Positions 1-14,000 of a DNA stretch of 59,495 bases are shown piece by piece; position 1 is the first letter of the stretch; every line of letters begins with the position of its first letter. Origin of the DNA: Nemertoderma westbladi (lineage: Eukaryota; Animalia; Xenacoelomorpha); NCBI GenBank assembly GCA_032718475.1, contig JAUCBJ010008158.1:1-59495 (forward strand). The letters are read 5' to 3'. Under the pieces are notes generated by a model. That model saw nothing but the letters and a program-made list of their open reading frames with translations, was not told where the DNA came from and did not search any database. Position numbers and translations under genes: made by a program.

Positions 1-855
1 ATAAATTTTTCGGATTATGATCAGGTCTATAGGGAATGTCATTATCAACAGGTCTATAATTACCCTTAATAGGGTTCACTATAGGAGTTTCTACTTCGCT
101 AGCAGTATATATGCGTGTAGGCTCCACACCTTGCGCATGAGATACTTCAGACCTAACAGGTTGACACATTGTTACCGAGGGTGGTGGTATACCCCTTTGT
201 GTATTTACTAATTTATCGCGTTCTAGCGCGATACTTTGCTGCACTTCTTGCAACTCTAGCCTACTTTCCCTTACTGTGCCCTTGAATTGCTGAACAGTCT
301 CCTGCATCTGCCCGAGCAGGAGATCCATCCCCCGCCGTCTCTCGTCCACCCATTCGACCGCCGAAGCGGGAGTCGCCAACGTTGTAGCGGGCGGACGAGG
401 GACAACGGGCGACAAATCATGAATATTTCGCTCGGGGTCCAGGACCTGAACTGTCTCATGGGCTGTTCTACTGGGCACAGATAGCTTAGTACTGTGCAGA
501 GGGAATTTAGAGGTAGCTTCAGGGAGCACAGGTGTGTCTATCACCGAAGGGGTGATTTCAAGAACAGGCCTAATTATTTCAGGCTCATCTAATATAGTAG
601 GGAGTCTTTCTATTTTAATTATTTGGTCTGTGGGTTCTGTACTACCTAAGTTGGTGTTATTTAGTTGCCTTCTAACAGCTGGAGGCAAATCAGGCAATTT
701 CTGACGGTGGGATGTTCTTCTACGTCTGCTTAGACGAGATCTATTTCCTTTGCCTTCAGTATCGGTGGTATCGCCTTCCTCAGATGATGTATATCCCTGT
801 CTTTTGGGAGTAGATCGATTCATCATCTGCATATTACTAGCTGTTAACTGTTTAT
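1..855 (-). pseudogene. gag: gag fragment of the deleted BEL/Pao copy
   Basis: Close reverse-complement match to the middle of the 30429-34016 ORF (e.g. TASNMQMMNRSTPKRQGY, QKLPDLPPAVRRQL); no start codon; frame disrupted. Confidence 0.85.
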
Positions 856-1261
856 TTAACAGCAATCAGACAACAGCCCAGCCTACAAATTGTCTGTACA
901 ATATGATCAGGCTTACACGCCTTCTGTTCAATACTGGCCTACAAACAAATAAAACTGACAGAAATAAGTAAGCTCCAAAAGAAACAAGGGGTGTACAGTC
1001 CCTAATCTCTTAAACAGCCTACCGGTATACAATAATCAAATCGAATAATACTAATGTACTTATACGGGAAGTACCGGTTAGGACAGTTGGGCCTACGGAC
1101 CTACAGAAGTACCGGTTCTGGCAGTTGGACCTACGGACCTACGGCAGTACCGGTTCTGGCAGTTGGGCCTACTGACCTACAGATGTACCGTTCAGGTTTA
1201 CCGGTTGACCGGTACTTTCAACTTTATTGCTTACTGCAATAAAGAAGTATATATCCGTTAT

Positions 1262-2489
1262 TGTTCGCGCTTTCAGACCTTTGGCAGTTTAACCCGCCAA
1301 ATTAGGATGTCTTTTAGATAATAAATCACTTTTAGCCTCTGACAAGAATTTGATTCACTACACTAGTCGAAACCAATCTGTGCGCGATCATTCACCCGCT
1401 GGATATACCCGGGAGATTGGGTTCGACGGCTTAATCTTATTGCTATGTAAGCCTAATGTATTATTCGACTGACAGTATTATATAATCTCTGACAATATTA
1501 TTCACCTTCGGGGAATATTAACAGTTCCTTTAGGACGTGGCGCTCTATCTATAAAAACAGAGTTATGACTTAAACTACTCACAACGATATGGCTTAGTTA
1601 CAATTCACATATATGGCGCATTCTTTAGGAAATGCTTCGTTATCAGTCTCGCTCATACACAACGCTGCACAATGCTGCACACTAATCTGCCGATCTTCAC
1701 TGATTTTAGTCACATATAACAGGAACACAGACCGACTCATGTAGGGTCTATCAAATAACATTAGATTCACTTCAAACCACTTTAACATAAGTCACAATCG
1801 TTATATGTAACCTTTCTCTCTTACCTTCGGTATATCAAGAATATTGGGTTTTCGGGGTTATTTCTCGTTATTCCAATATAATAATTCATCAACCATATTA
1901 TGAAGAACCGACAGTAAATAGCAGTATAACAATATAAAAGTATGCACAGGTATATTAGATTAGGTATGTTGCGTTGATTGAGTATGGGCCAGTTAACCAG
2001 TATTTTGGTTGGTTTGATAACGGATATATGTCCTTATAATTAAGCCTACTAGTGTTAGGCTAAAACAGAAAAGCACAAAATATTCCAAAGCCGCTCTCTC
2101 CTGGCTCAGGACAGAATGTAAACACTGCCCATAATGCATTGCGTGATTTCTAGGAAATTTCTGTACAAGAGCCATAAAAATGCTCTGATTGGCTGACTGA
2201 ACTGAGAGACGCCGTAGAACAAAGAAAATCGACAGTATGAATATCAGCTGTTAACCGTCGTCATAGTAACTACTGTTCAAGAGTAGCTATCACCTTTTGC
2301 ATCACGGAATTGCCATAGAATCATCAACTACGCCTTCCACAGTACACATACGGAGGAAATAGCTCTTAGATCCTCTAAAAAACACCGATACAGCAATAAT
2401 ACGGTCTCTTACACCTATTAAATCAACTACAGAGTATTTTAATGTAAAAATAATAAAAATAACGGGGCAATTCAGCAAAGGCTTTTACA
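1262..2489 (-). repeat. 5' LTR (~1.23 kb) of the deleted BEL/Pao copy
   Basis: Minus strand begins TGTAAAAGCC and ends AAAGCGCGAACA, matching the termini of the LTRs at 27013 and 43003; interior homologous but clearly diverged. Confidence 0.85.
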
Positions 2490-3412
2490 CCATTTACTAC
2501 ATTGGGGTGCGTTATTGGCCACATTTACTACATTGAGGTGGGTGCTTGGCTCCCATTTACTACATTGGGGTGGGTGTATGGCCCCCATTTACTACATTGG
2601 TGTAGGTGCATGGCCACATTTACTACATTGGGGTGGGTGCATGGCCCCATTTACTTCATTGGGGTGGGTGCATGGCTCCCATTTACTACATTGGGGTGGG
2701 TGCATTGCCCCATTTACTTCATTGGGGTGGGTGCATGGCTCCCATTTACTACATTGGTGTGGGTGCATGGCCCCCATTTACTACATTGGGGTGGGTGCAT
2801 GGCTCCCATTTACTACATTGGTGTGGGTGCATGGCCCCCATTTACTACATTGGGGTGGGTGCATGGCTCCCATTTACTACATTGGGGTGGGTGCATTGCC
2901 CCATTTACTACATTGGGGTGGGTGCATTGCCCCATTTACTACATTGGGGTGGGTGCATGGCCCCCATTTACTACATTGGGGTGGGTGCATGGCTCCCATT
3001 TACTACATTGGTGTGGGTGCATGGCCCCCATTTACTACATTGGGGTGGGTGCATGGCTCCCATTTACTACATTGGGGTGGGTGCATTGCCCCATTTACTA
3101 CATTGGGGTGGGTGCATGGCTCCCATTTACTACATTGGTGTGGGTGCATGGCCCCCATTTACTACATTGGGGTGGGTGCATGGCTCCCATTTACTACATT
3201 GGTGTGGGTGCATGGCCCCCATTTACTACATTGGGGTGGGTGCATGGCTCCCATTTACTACATTGGGGTGGGTGCATTGCCCCATTTACTACATTGGGGT
3301 GGGTGCATTGCCCCATTTACTACATTGGGGTGGGTGCATGGCCCCCATTTACTGCATTGGGGTGGGTGCATGGCCCCCATTTACTGCATTGGGGTGGGTG
3401 CATGGCCCCCCA
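2490..3412. repeat. G-rich minisatellite, 31-32-bp unit (ATTTACTACATTGGGGTGGGTGCATGGCYCCC), ~29 copies
   Basis: Direct tandem repeats; accounts for the repetitive ORFs at 2502-3493. Confidence 0.97.
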
Positions 3413-3650
3413 TTCTCCGCATTATGTGGATTATGTGATAGGGAGATCGAAGATTCGTTTATAGCGTTTATAATCGATTACAGGAAACTATAACTCTCTT
3501 TGGATCATATATTATATATAGATTTATATAGATTTATATCACTTTATAATGCGGTCACAGGCAGTGAATCCCTAACATCTGTTCTGATCTAATCGGTTCT
3601 GGTGGCCGTTGGCCGGTGCCTCTCTGTCTGCAAGTGGACATTAATGTCCG

Positions 3651-6600
3651 ACTACTAGTACTACTACGATCGGCATGCTGCATTGCGGCCTCATTTTTAA
3701 GAATGCTGTGCCGGCTTGTCGACAAAATTGCGCCGCCACAACTCCCTATCACCCATTACATTTGCTAGATCATCCGCATCTTCAAGGCCAGTGTCCTTTA
3801 AGATGCGTCTCAAGAAAGTCATGGGCTGTCCACCATGCTTATTCACTCCATGAGGCTGCCAAAGCACAAGATTATGCACTGGCTGGTCCTCACGGCGAAA
3901 GCAATGTCCTGCAAAGCCGAGGCGACTTTGTTCTAGTGTCAAGCTTGGGGGAACCAATGAGACACCTCCAATGTTATATAGTGTCTGGCTGGATATGTGT
4001 GCACTGTACTTGACACAATGAACCCGGCGTAGCATTCTTGTGAATGTGCCATCCAAAGATTTTTGAGCGGTTTGGTTTCCTCAGCAGTTAGAGCCCAGCA
4101 TGGACTCCCGTAGAGGAGTACTGGAACTACTGCTGCTCTGAATAATCGGACCTTAAGTTTCCGATTAATTCTCTGTGACTTCCAAATCCTGGAAAGCCTA
4201 TTCAAGGCTGCCCATGCCTTTCCCTTACGTATTCGAAGGTCCTCACCTGACTTCCGGATCCATGATCCCAGGTAACAGAAGTCGTCCACATGCTCAAGCA
4301 TACCATCCTTTGAGCTTATGCTCATCCGGTCAGAGACTTGCTGAGGACTTTCAAAGTTAACTTTGCTCTTTGTTGAGTTAATAAAAAGACCAACACTAGA
4401 AGCAGCCAGTTCTAATGAGCTGAGGAGCAGTTCGGTTCCCTCTAGTGATTCTGATAGTACTCCTAAGTCATCAGCAAAGTCTAGATCAGTTAGGTACTTG
4501 GCAGGATTTCCTCAACGTCTGGAGCCAGTAGGTGGAGTTATCATCACCCCATCATCATTATGATGACCTAAGGACATGCGTAGAACATAGTCAACCACAA
4601 TTATGAACAAGAATTGTGCAAGTGTGTCTCCCTGGAGGAAGCCCCATAACACTTCAAATGGTTCTGTGTCACCGTCAACAGTAGACACAAATGTTGTCGA
4701 TGATGATTGCTGCAATAATTTCATCAGGAATCCCATATAATGAAAGTATGCTGAGCATACGTGAGCGAGAGACTGAATCAAAGGCCTTGGAAGCCAAGAT
4801 AACAGCCAGATGCCGTCTTTCTTTTTTGATAACTCTTCAATTATCCTTCTAAGTACCAAAATGGGCTTCATGGTCCCACGACCTTTACGGAACCCATTCT
4901 GATTTCCACGGAGCAGTCTCTCAATGGGATCCCTGATGCGATTTAATAGAATTTTATTGTATAGCCTTGCAGCAATCGACATTAATGAGATTCCCCGAAA
5001 AGAACCGGTGTTAGGTTGCCCTTCTTTGGAACTGGCACCAACTTATCTGTTTTAATTTCTTGTGGGACTCTTGTTGTTCGGTACATGTCTACTATGATGG
5101 GATAGATGAGCTTTAAACACTCAGGTATTTTAAAGACCTCAGAGGGAACACCATCTACTCCACTGGCACGATTGGTCTTAATGCTCTTTGCAGCAGCCTT
5201 CACTTCTGCAAAGGAGATATCGCCAATGGGAATATCTGGGAGTACAGACTCAGACACTTTTACTTCTACAAAGTTATCAGGCAATACCCTGTCATTATTG
5301 AGGGGCTTTTCAAAGTGGGCGTTCCAACCATTGAGGCGATCGGCTGGTGATTCCGCCTTAACCTTGGTGGTTGGTTGGCTTTTACGCCCAGTAAGCAAGT
5401 TGATCGATTTCCATGCCTGGGATGCCCATTGCCCATTGATGTTCCATTGCCTGCTGTCGTCAGCATCATTGATGGCATCAACCTGTTGGTTTATTAGCTC
5501 CTGTAGATTAGCAGAGTACTGCCTGTTCTGGGACCTAGATGCAGCTTTAACTGCATTCTTGGCCGCTGTAGTCTGTTTAAGTCGGGACTCTTTCTGCGCT
5601 TTATTGAGGTCATTTTGGCACTTCTGAATTTTGTGGTCAGTCCAGGGGGGCCCTTTTCCTGTTTCGAGGGTATACAGGAACTGTTTCTGCAGCTGCTAAC
5701 TTAACTGCTTCTGTGAAGGCAGTGTGAAGGCGGTGTGAAGGCTTCTGTGCGTCTGTTTTGCCCTCGCAGTGATCTGCCGCTTCAGAGGCAAGAACCTCAT
5801 ATATTTTGCTCAACTGCAGTGTGAAGCTGGATCTCACACTTGGCTGTTGCAACAGAGAGGACCAGTCATGCCGCGGCAAGGCAGATTTCATTGTTCTGCT
5901 AGCACAATGAGGCAGTGATCACTGGAGAAGGGTCGAAGTGTAAATGCATTACAGTCTTGTATAGAGCTCCTGTATTTCCTACGAAACAGAATATGGTCTA
6001 TTTGGGACTTGTGACCACTGGGTCCACTATGAGTCCATAGCTTTCCAGTTCGCTTCTTGAACTGGGTTCCAGCCGAAAACAATCCATTTCCAGAGATAAA
6101 ATCCTGAAGATGGACAGAATTTCGGTTAACACTATCGCTATAGACTCAGGGCGATGTAGGTGATTGATGCAGACTTTCATTAAAGTCTCCCAGGAATGTT
6201 AAGAATGCATCCTGATCCACTCCAACAGTATAACTGCTTGTAGATTGTGTTATAATTTTTCCACCTCCTCTACAGGGGCAACAATAGTTGGAGAGTAGCA
6301 CACAATCAGAACCACCTTAGGAAACTTCTTAGCCAGTCTTCCAGAACAGGAGAAGTGGCAACGGATGATGCGGTTAGATGCGGTCAGGAGATAACTGACG
6401 CCTGTGAGGCCGATTGTGCCCGGTAATTCCACTGGCCTCAAGTGGCCGGACCTCCGCATTACTAATATAATCCATAGTGGGGGTTGGGGGTGCTTTTTGC
6501 CAAGTCAGCTCTCGGGGCAAATACCACACCCTGGTTTGCCATTCCACAGGGTGGGTGTCGCAGTGGAGTCAGATATGAGGCCCATCCCCCATACCTACTC

Positions 6601-6700
6601 TGACGCACATGACCCACCATTGGCTGTGCAGCTGATCTGCTGGGCCATGCCCTGTACCCCTGCTGCCAGGTGCAGGTCGCAGTGAAGTGCCATCAAAGTG
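3651..6700 (-). mobile_element. Decayed RTE-clade non-LTR retrotransposon (APE endonuclease + RT)
   Basis: Minus-strand fragments give APE motifs (LIVCYSPT, FLGDFN, SQIDHIL, SDHCL) and RT motifs (NQNGFRKGRG, QGDTLAQFLFIIVVDY, DLDFADD, FCYLGSWI), plus an RTE-type C-terminus (AGHCFRR); ends in short TAG repeats near 3651; many frameshifts. 5' boundary approximate. Confidence 0.9.
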
Positions 6701-8009
6701 GACATGAGAACACTCTACTCCTGACCAGCCATTGGTAGATCACAATCTGCCTGGCCAGGCCATATACCCCTGCAGCCAAGTATATGGGTCCTTATTCCAG
6801 AACCAAGGGCGTCCTGATCCCAGAACGAAGGGTGTCCTAGTTACAAGACCAGATTTGCCCTAGTAAGAGGGTCTATGCAGCCACTGGTGGCATCTCCTTT
6901 ATGCTGCATGGAGGTGGCAAGTTTTCTTGATCAATGACCTAGAATACCTGGCCTGACCTGACCCGATCGACACTCGAGGCATGTATGTTAAGTGTCTGCT
7001 ATTATTAATACATATTGTTATTTTCGGTTTAAATTCATGTCTTGAAGGGGGAGTGGGGTGGTTACTAACATATAGATTAATAAATTATTAATAAATTCTT
7101 ACAATAATAAACACATTAGAAAGTGTACAGTAGGATTACTTAAAAACGTTTTTTAATGTAGGCATAGGGGAAAGGGGCATGAAACAAGGGTCTAGTAGGG
7201 AAATGGGGTACTCACTGTGGCATACCGACGCCACTCCCCCCCCCCCCCCCCCCTCCCCTTCGCCTCAGGTAAATACCATATCCTTGGGTGAATAAGTATC
7301 TCGTAAAGTAACAAAATCGGTGGTCCAGTATAAGGGAGTTGTCGTGGTCTCCGAGCTCTGTCTAGACGACCTGGGGGGAAGTGAGGGGGGGGGGGGGGGG
7401 GGGGCTTCCAGGACCTGTGTTATCTTGTTTTTCCGATGTTATTTATCTCTGTATAATATAACAACATAGTTTTATTAATATTAATTATGTGTATTATATT
7501 TATTTATATTATACGGTTATTACCTGGTATGTTGTTTTCCCTATGAAATATTATTTACAATACATTATAATTATAATTTAATAAATAAATTATAAAATTT
7601 TTAGAAAATAACAAAATAGTCTGGTAATAAATATAGTTATCATCCTGACCATAATCTTGACTCGTGGCTCATTAGTGTTATGCTGTATTTTTTCCAATAA
7701 TTTATATGGTAAAATTCTTGTTAAATCTTATTAAGTATTTTATTCTATCTAAGATTGAAAAATATATTTAAATTAATCAACCCGAAACATTGATAAAATA
7801 TCAGGTTTATTCGATTTATTTAATTTTATTAATTAAACATTTCCAAACTTACCTTAATACCGAAATAAATTTCAATCATATATAATATTTTGCAGTCCAT
7901 CTTATTGGGTGCTATGATGATGAATTGCTATCTAATTGGCAGCATTGGTACCAGCGCCAGCAATGGCGGAACCCACTGGCTGCCATCTGCCGGTTATGGT
8001 TGAAAAACA

Positions 8010-11000
8010 TATATCTGAGCGCCGTCGTTATGTTTGTTATTGTTCTATATCTGATCGCCGTCGTTATGTTTGTTATTGTTCTATATCTGATCGCCGTCGT
8101 TATGTTTGTTATTGTTCTATATCTGATCGCCGTCGTTATGTTTGTTATTGTTCTATATCTGATCGCCGTCGTTATGTTTGTTATTGTTCTATATCTGATC
8201 GCCGTCGTTGTGTTTGTTATTGTTCTATATCTGGTCGCCGTCGTTATGTTTGTTATTGTTCTATATCTGATCGCCGTCGTTATGTTTGTTATTGTTCTAT
8301 ATCTGATCGCCGTCGTTATGTTTGTTATTGTTCTATATCTGAGCGCCGTCGTTATGTTTGTTATTGTTCTATATCTGATCGCCGTCGTTGTGTTTGTTAT
8401 TGTTCTATATCTGATCGCCGTCGTTATGTTTGTTATTGTTCCATATCTGATCGCCGTCGTTATGTTTGTTATTGTTCTATATCTGATCGCCGTCGTTATG
8501 TTTGTTATTGTTCTATATCTGATCGCCGTCGTTATGTTTGTTATTGTTCTATATCTGATCGCCGTCGTTATGTTTGTTATTGTTCTATATCTGATCGCCG
8601 TCGTTATGTTGGTTATTGTTCTATATCTGATCGCCGTCGTTATGTTTGTTATTGTTCAATATCTGATCGCCGTCTTTATGTTTGTTATTGTTCCATATCT
8701 GATCGCCGTCGTTATGTTTGTTATTGTTCTATAACTGATCGCCGTCGTTATATTTGTTATTGTTCCATATCTGATCGCCGTCTTTATGTTTGTTATTGTT
8801 CTATATCTGATCGCCGTCGTTATGTTTGTTATTGTTCTATATCTGATCGCCGTCGTTATGTTTGTTATTGTTCCATATCTGATCGCCGTCGTTATGTTTG
8901 TTATTGTTCTATATCTGATCGCCGTCGTTATATTTGTTATTGTTCCATATCTGATCGCCGTCGTTATGTTTGTTATTGTTCTATATCTGATCGCCGTCGT
9001 TATGTTTGTTATTGTTCTATATCTGATCGCCGTCGTTATATTTGTTATTGTTCTATATCTGAGCGCCGTCGTTATGTTTGTTATTGTTCTATATCTGATC
9101 GCCGTCGTTGTGTTTGTTATCGTTCCATATCTGATCGCCGTCGTTATATTTGTTATTGTTCCATATCTGATCGCCGTCGTTATGTTTGTTATTGTTCTAT
9201 ATCTGATCGCCGTCGTTGTTTGTTATTGTTCTATATCTGATCGCCGTCGTTATATTTGTTATTGTTCTATATCTGAGCGCCGTCGTTATGTTTGTTATTG
9301 TTCTATATCTGATCGCCGTCGTTATGTTTGTTATTGTTCTATATCTGATCGCCGTCGTTGTGTTTATTATTGTTCCATATCTGATCACCGTCGTTATGTT
9401 TGTTATTGTTCTATATCTGATCGCCGTCGTTGTGTTTGTTATTGTTCCATATCTGATCGCCGTCGTTATGTTTGTTATTGTTCCATATCTGATCGCCGTC
9501 GTTATGTTTGTTAATTGTTCTATATCTGATCGCCGTCGTTGTGTTTATTATTGTTCCATATCTGATCGCCGTCGTTATGTTTGTTATTGTTCTATATCTG
9601 ATCGCCGTCGTTGTGTTTGTTATTGTTCTATATCTGATCGCCGTCGTTATGTTTGTTATTGTTCCATATCTGATCGCCGTCGTTATGTTTGTTATTGTTC
9701 CATATCTGATCGCCGTCGTTATGTTTGTTATTGTTCTATATCTGATCGCCGTCGTTATGTTTGTTATTGTTCTATATCTGATCGCCGTCGTTATATTTGT
9801 TATTGTTCTATATCTGATCGCCGTCGTTATGTTTGTTATTGTTCTATATCTGATCGCCATCGTTATGTTTGTTATTGTTCTATATCTGATCGCCGTCGTT
9901 ATGTTTGTTATTGTTCTATATCTGATCGCCGTCGTTATGTTTGTTATTGTTCTATATCTGATCGCCATCGTTATGTTTGTTATTGTTCTATATCTGATCG
10001 CCGTCGTTATGTTTGTTATTGTTCCATATCTGATCGCCGTCGTTATATTTGTTATTGTTCCATATCTGATCGCCGTCGTTATGTTTGTTATTGTTCCATA
10101 TCTGATTGCCGTCGTTATGTTTGTTATTGTTCTATATCTGATCGCCGTCTTTATGTTTGTTATTGTTCTATATCTGAGCGCCGTCGTTATGTTTGTTATT
10201 GTTCTATATCTGATCGCCGTCGTTATGTTTGTTATTGTTCCATATCTGATCGCCGTCGTTATGTTTGTTATTGTTCTATAACTGATCGCCGTCGTTATAT
10301 TTGTTATTGTTCCATATCTGATCGCCGTCTTTATGTTTGTTATTGTTCTATATCTGATCGCCGTCGTTATGTTTGTTATTGTTCTATATCTGATCGCCGT
10401 CTTTATGTTTGTTATTGTTCCATATCTGATCGCCGTCGTTATGTTTGTTATTGTTCTATAACTGATCGCCGTCGTTATATTTGTTATTGTTCCATATCTG
10501 ATCGCCGTCTTTATGTTTGTTATTGTTCTATATCTGATCGCCGTCGTTATGTTTGTTATTGTTCTATATCTGATCGCCGTCGTTATGTTTGTTATTGTTC
10601 CATATCTGATCGCCGTCGTTATGTTTGTTATTGTTCCATATCTGATCGCCGTCGTTATGTTTGTTATTGTTCTATATCTGATCGCCGTCGTTATGTTTGT
10701 TATTGTTCTATATCTGATCGCCGTCGTTATGTTTGTTATTGTTCTATATCTGATCGCCGTCGTTATGTTTGTTATTGTTCTATATCTGATCGCCGTCGTT
10801 ATGTTGGTTATTGTTCTATATCTGATCGCCGTCGTTATGTTTGTTATTGTTCTATATCTGATCGCCGTCTTTATGTTTGTTATTGTTCCATATCTGATCG
10901 CCGTCGTTATGTTTGTTATTGTTCTATAACTGATCGCCGTCGTTATATTTGTTATTGTTCCATATCTGATCGCCGTCTTTATGTTTGTTATTGTTCTATA

Positions 11001-14000
11001 TCTGATCGCCGTCGTTATGTTTGTTATTGTTCTATATCTGATCGCCGTCTTTATGTTTGTTATTGTTCCATATCTGATCGCCGTCGTTATGTTTGTTATT
11101 GTTCTATAACTGATCGCCGTCGTTATATTTGTTATTGTTCCATATCTGATCGCCGTCTTTATGTTTGTTATTGTTCTATATCTGATCGCCGTCGTTATGT
11201 TTGTTATTGTTCTATATCTGATCGCCGTCGTTATGTTTGTTATTGTTCCATATCTGATCGCCGTCGTTATGTTTGTTATTGTTCTATATCTGATCGCCGT
11301 CGTTATATTTGTTATTGTTCCATATCTGATCGCCGTCGTTATGTTTGTTATTGTTCTATATCTGATCGCCGTCGTTGTTTGTTATTGTTCTATATCTGAT
11401 CGCCGTCGTTATATTTGTTATTGTTCTATATCTGAGCGCCGTCGTTATGTTTGTTATTGTTCTATATCTGATCGCCGTCGTTGTGTTTGTTATCGTTCCA
11501 TATCTGATCGCCGTCGTTATGTTTGTTATTGTTCCATATCTGATCGCCGTCGTTATGTTTGTTATTGTTCTATATCTGATCGCCGTCGTTGTGTTTATTA
11601 TTGTTCCATATCTGATCACCGTCGTTATGTTTGTTATTGTTCTATATCTGATCGCCGTCGTTGTGTTTGTTATTGTTCCATATCTGATCGCCGTCGTTAT
11701 GTTTGTTATTGTTCCATATCTGATCGCCGTCGTTATGTTTGTTAATTGTTCTATATCTGATCGCCGTCGTTGTGTTTATTATTGTTCCATATCTGATCGC
11801 CGTCGTTATGTTTGTTATTGTTCTATATCTGATCGCCGTCGTTATGTTTGTTATTGTTCTATATCTGATCGCCGTCGTTGTGTTTATTATTGTTCCATAT
11901 CTGATCACCGTCGTTATGTTTGTTATTGTTCTATATCTGATCGCCGTCGTTGTGTTTGTTATTGTTCCATATCTGATCGCCGTCGTTATGTTTGTTATTG
12001 TTCCATATCTGATCGCCGTCGTTATGTTTGTTAATTGTTCTATATCTGATCGCCGTCGTTGTGTTTATTATTGTTCCATATCTGATCGCCGTCGTTATGT
12101 TTGTTATTGTTCTATATCTGATCGCCGTCGTTGTGTTTGTTATTGTTCTATATCTGATCGCCGTCGTTATGTTTGTTATTGTTCCATATCTGATCGCCGT
12201 CGTTATGTTTGTTATTGTTCCATATCTGATCGCCGTCGTTATGTTTGTTATTGTTCTATATCTGATCGCCGTCGTTATGTTTGTTATTGTTCTATATCTG
12301 ATCGCCGTCGTTATATTTGTTATTGTTCTATATCTGATCGCCGTCGTTATGTTTGTTATTGTTCTATATCTGATCGCCATCGTTATGTTTGTTATTGTTC
12401 TATATCTGATCGCCGTCGTTATGTTTGTTATTGTTCTATATCTGATCGCCGTCGTTATGTTTGTTATTGTTCTATATCTGATCGCCATCGTTATGTTTGT
12501 TATTGTTCTATATCTGATCGCCGTCGTTATGTTTGTTATTGTTCCATATCTGATCGCCGTCGTTATATTTGTTATTGTTCCATATCTGATCGCCGTCGTT
12601 ATGTTTGTTATTGTTCCATATCTGATTGCCGTCGTTATGTTTGTTATTGTTCTATATCTGATCGCCGTCTTTATGTTTGTTATTGTTCTATATCTGAGCG
12701 CCGTCGTTATGTTTGTTATTGTTCTATATCTGATCGCCGTCGTTATGTTTGTTATTGTTCCATATCTGATCGCCGTCGTTATGTTTGTTATTGTTCTATA
12801 ACTGATCGCCGTCGTTATATTTGTTATTGTTCCATATCTGATCGCCGTCTTTATGTTTGTTATTTTTCTATATCTGATCGCCGTCGTTATGTTTGTTATT
12901 GTTCTATATCTGATCGCCGTCTTTATGTTTGTTATTGTTCCATATCTGATCGCCGTCGTTATGTTTGTTATTGTTCTATAACTGATCGCCGTCGTTATAT
13001 TTGTTATTGTTCCATATCTGATCGCCGTCTTTATGTTTGTTATTGTTCTATATCTGATCGCCGTCGTTATGTTTGTTATTGTTCTATATCTGATCGCCGT
13101 CGTTATGTTTGTTATTGTTCCATATCTGATCGCCGTCGTTATGTTTGTTATTGTTCCATATCTGATCGCCGTCGTTATGTTTGTTATTGTTCTATATCTG
13201 ATCGCCGTCGTTATGTTTGTTATTGTTCTATATCTGATCGCCGTCGTTATGTTTGTTATTGTTCTATATCTGATCGCCGTCGTTATGTTTGTTATTGTTC
13301 TATATCTGATCGCCGTCGTTATGTTGGTTATTGTTCTATATCTGATCGCCGTCGTTATGTTTGTTATTGTTCTATATCTGATCGCCGTCTTTATGTTTGT
13401 TATTGTTCCATATCTGATCGCCGTCGTTATGTTTGTTATTGTTCTATAACTGATCGCCGTCGTTATATTTGTTATTGTTCCATATCTGATCGCCGTCTTT
13501 ATGTTTGTTATTGTTCTATATCTGATCGCCGTCGTTATGTTTGTTATTGTTCTATATCTGATCGCCGTCTTTATGTTTGTTATTGTTCCATATCTGATCG
13601 CCGTCGTTATGTTTGTTATTGTTCTATAACTGATCGCCGTCGTTATATTTGTTATTGTTCCATATCTGATCGCCGTCTTTATGTTTGTTATTGTTCTATA
13701 TCTGATCGCCGTCGTTATGTTTGTTATTGTTCTATATCTGATCGCCGTCGTTATGTTTGTTATTGTTCCATATCTGATCGCCGTCGTTATGTTTGTTATT
13801 GTTCTATATCTGATCGCCGTCGTTATATTTGTTATTGTTCCATATCTGATCGCCGTCGTTATGTTTGTTATTGTTCTATATCTGATCGCCGTCGTTGTTT
13901 GTTATTGTTCTATATCTGATCGCCGTCGTTATATTTGTTATTGTTCTATATCTGAGCGCCGTCGTTATGTTTGTTATTGTTCTATATCTGATCGCCGTCG

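Larger units (their letters stand above)
1..2489 (-). mobile_element. Internally deleted sister copy of the BEL/Pao element at 27013-44171 (5' LTR, partial leader, gag fragment; runs off the window start)
   Basis: Reverse complement of 1-855 aligns to gag at ~31790-32657; ~856-1261 aligns to the leader at ~28173-28560; 1262-2489 aligns to the LTR. About 3.2 kb of leader and 5' gag are missing at the junction near 856. Confidence 0.9.

Noticed and set aside
1594-2175. Small ORFs shared between LTR copies (also 27241-27840, 43232-43547)
   Set aside because: Similarity reflects LTR homology; starts, stops and frames are not conserved between the three LTRs.
2502-3493. Three overlapping ~300-aa ORFs
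   Set aside because: Translations of the 31-32-bp minisatellite.
7236-7404. Poly-C and poly-G runs as a hairpin or regulatory element
   Set aside because: Similar homopolymer runs are scattered through the window (e.g. ~24514, ~48770, ~57481, ~58820), so there is no specific signal.
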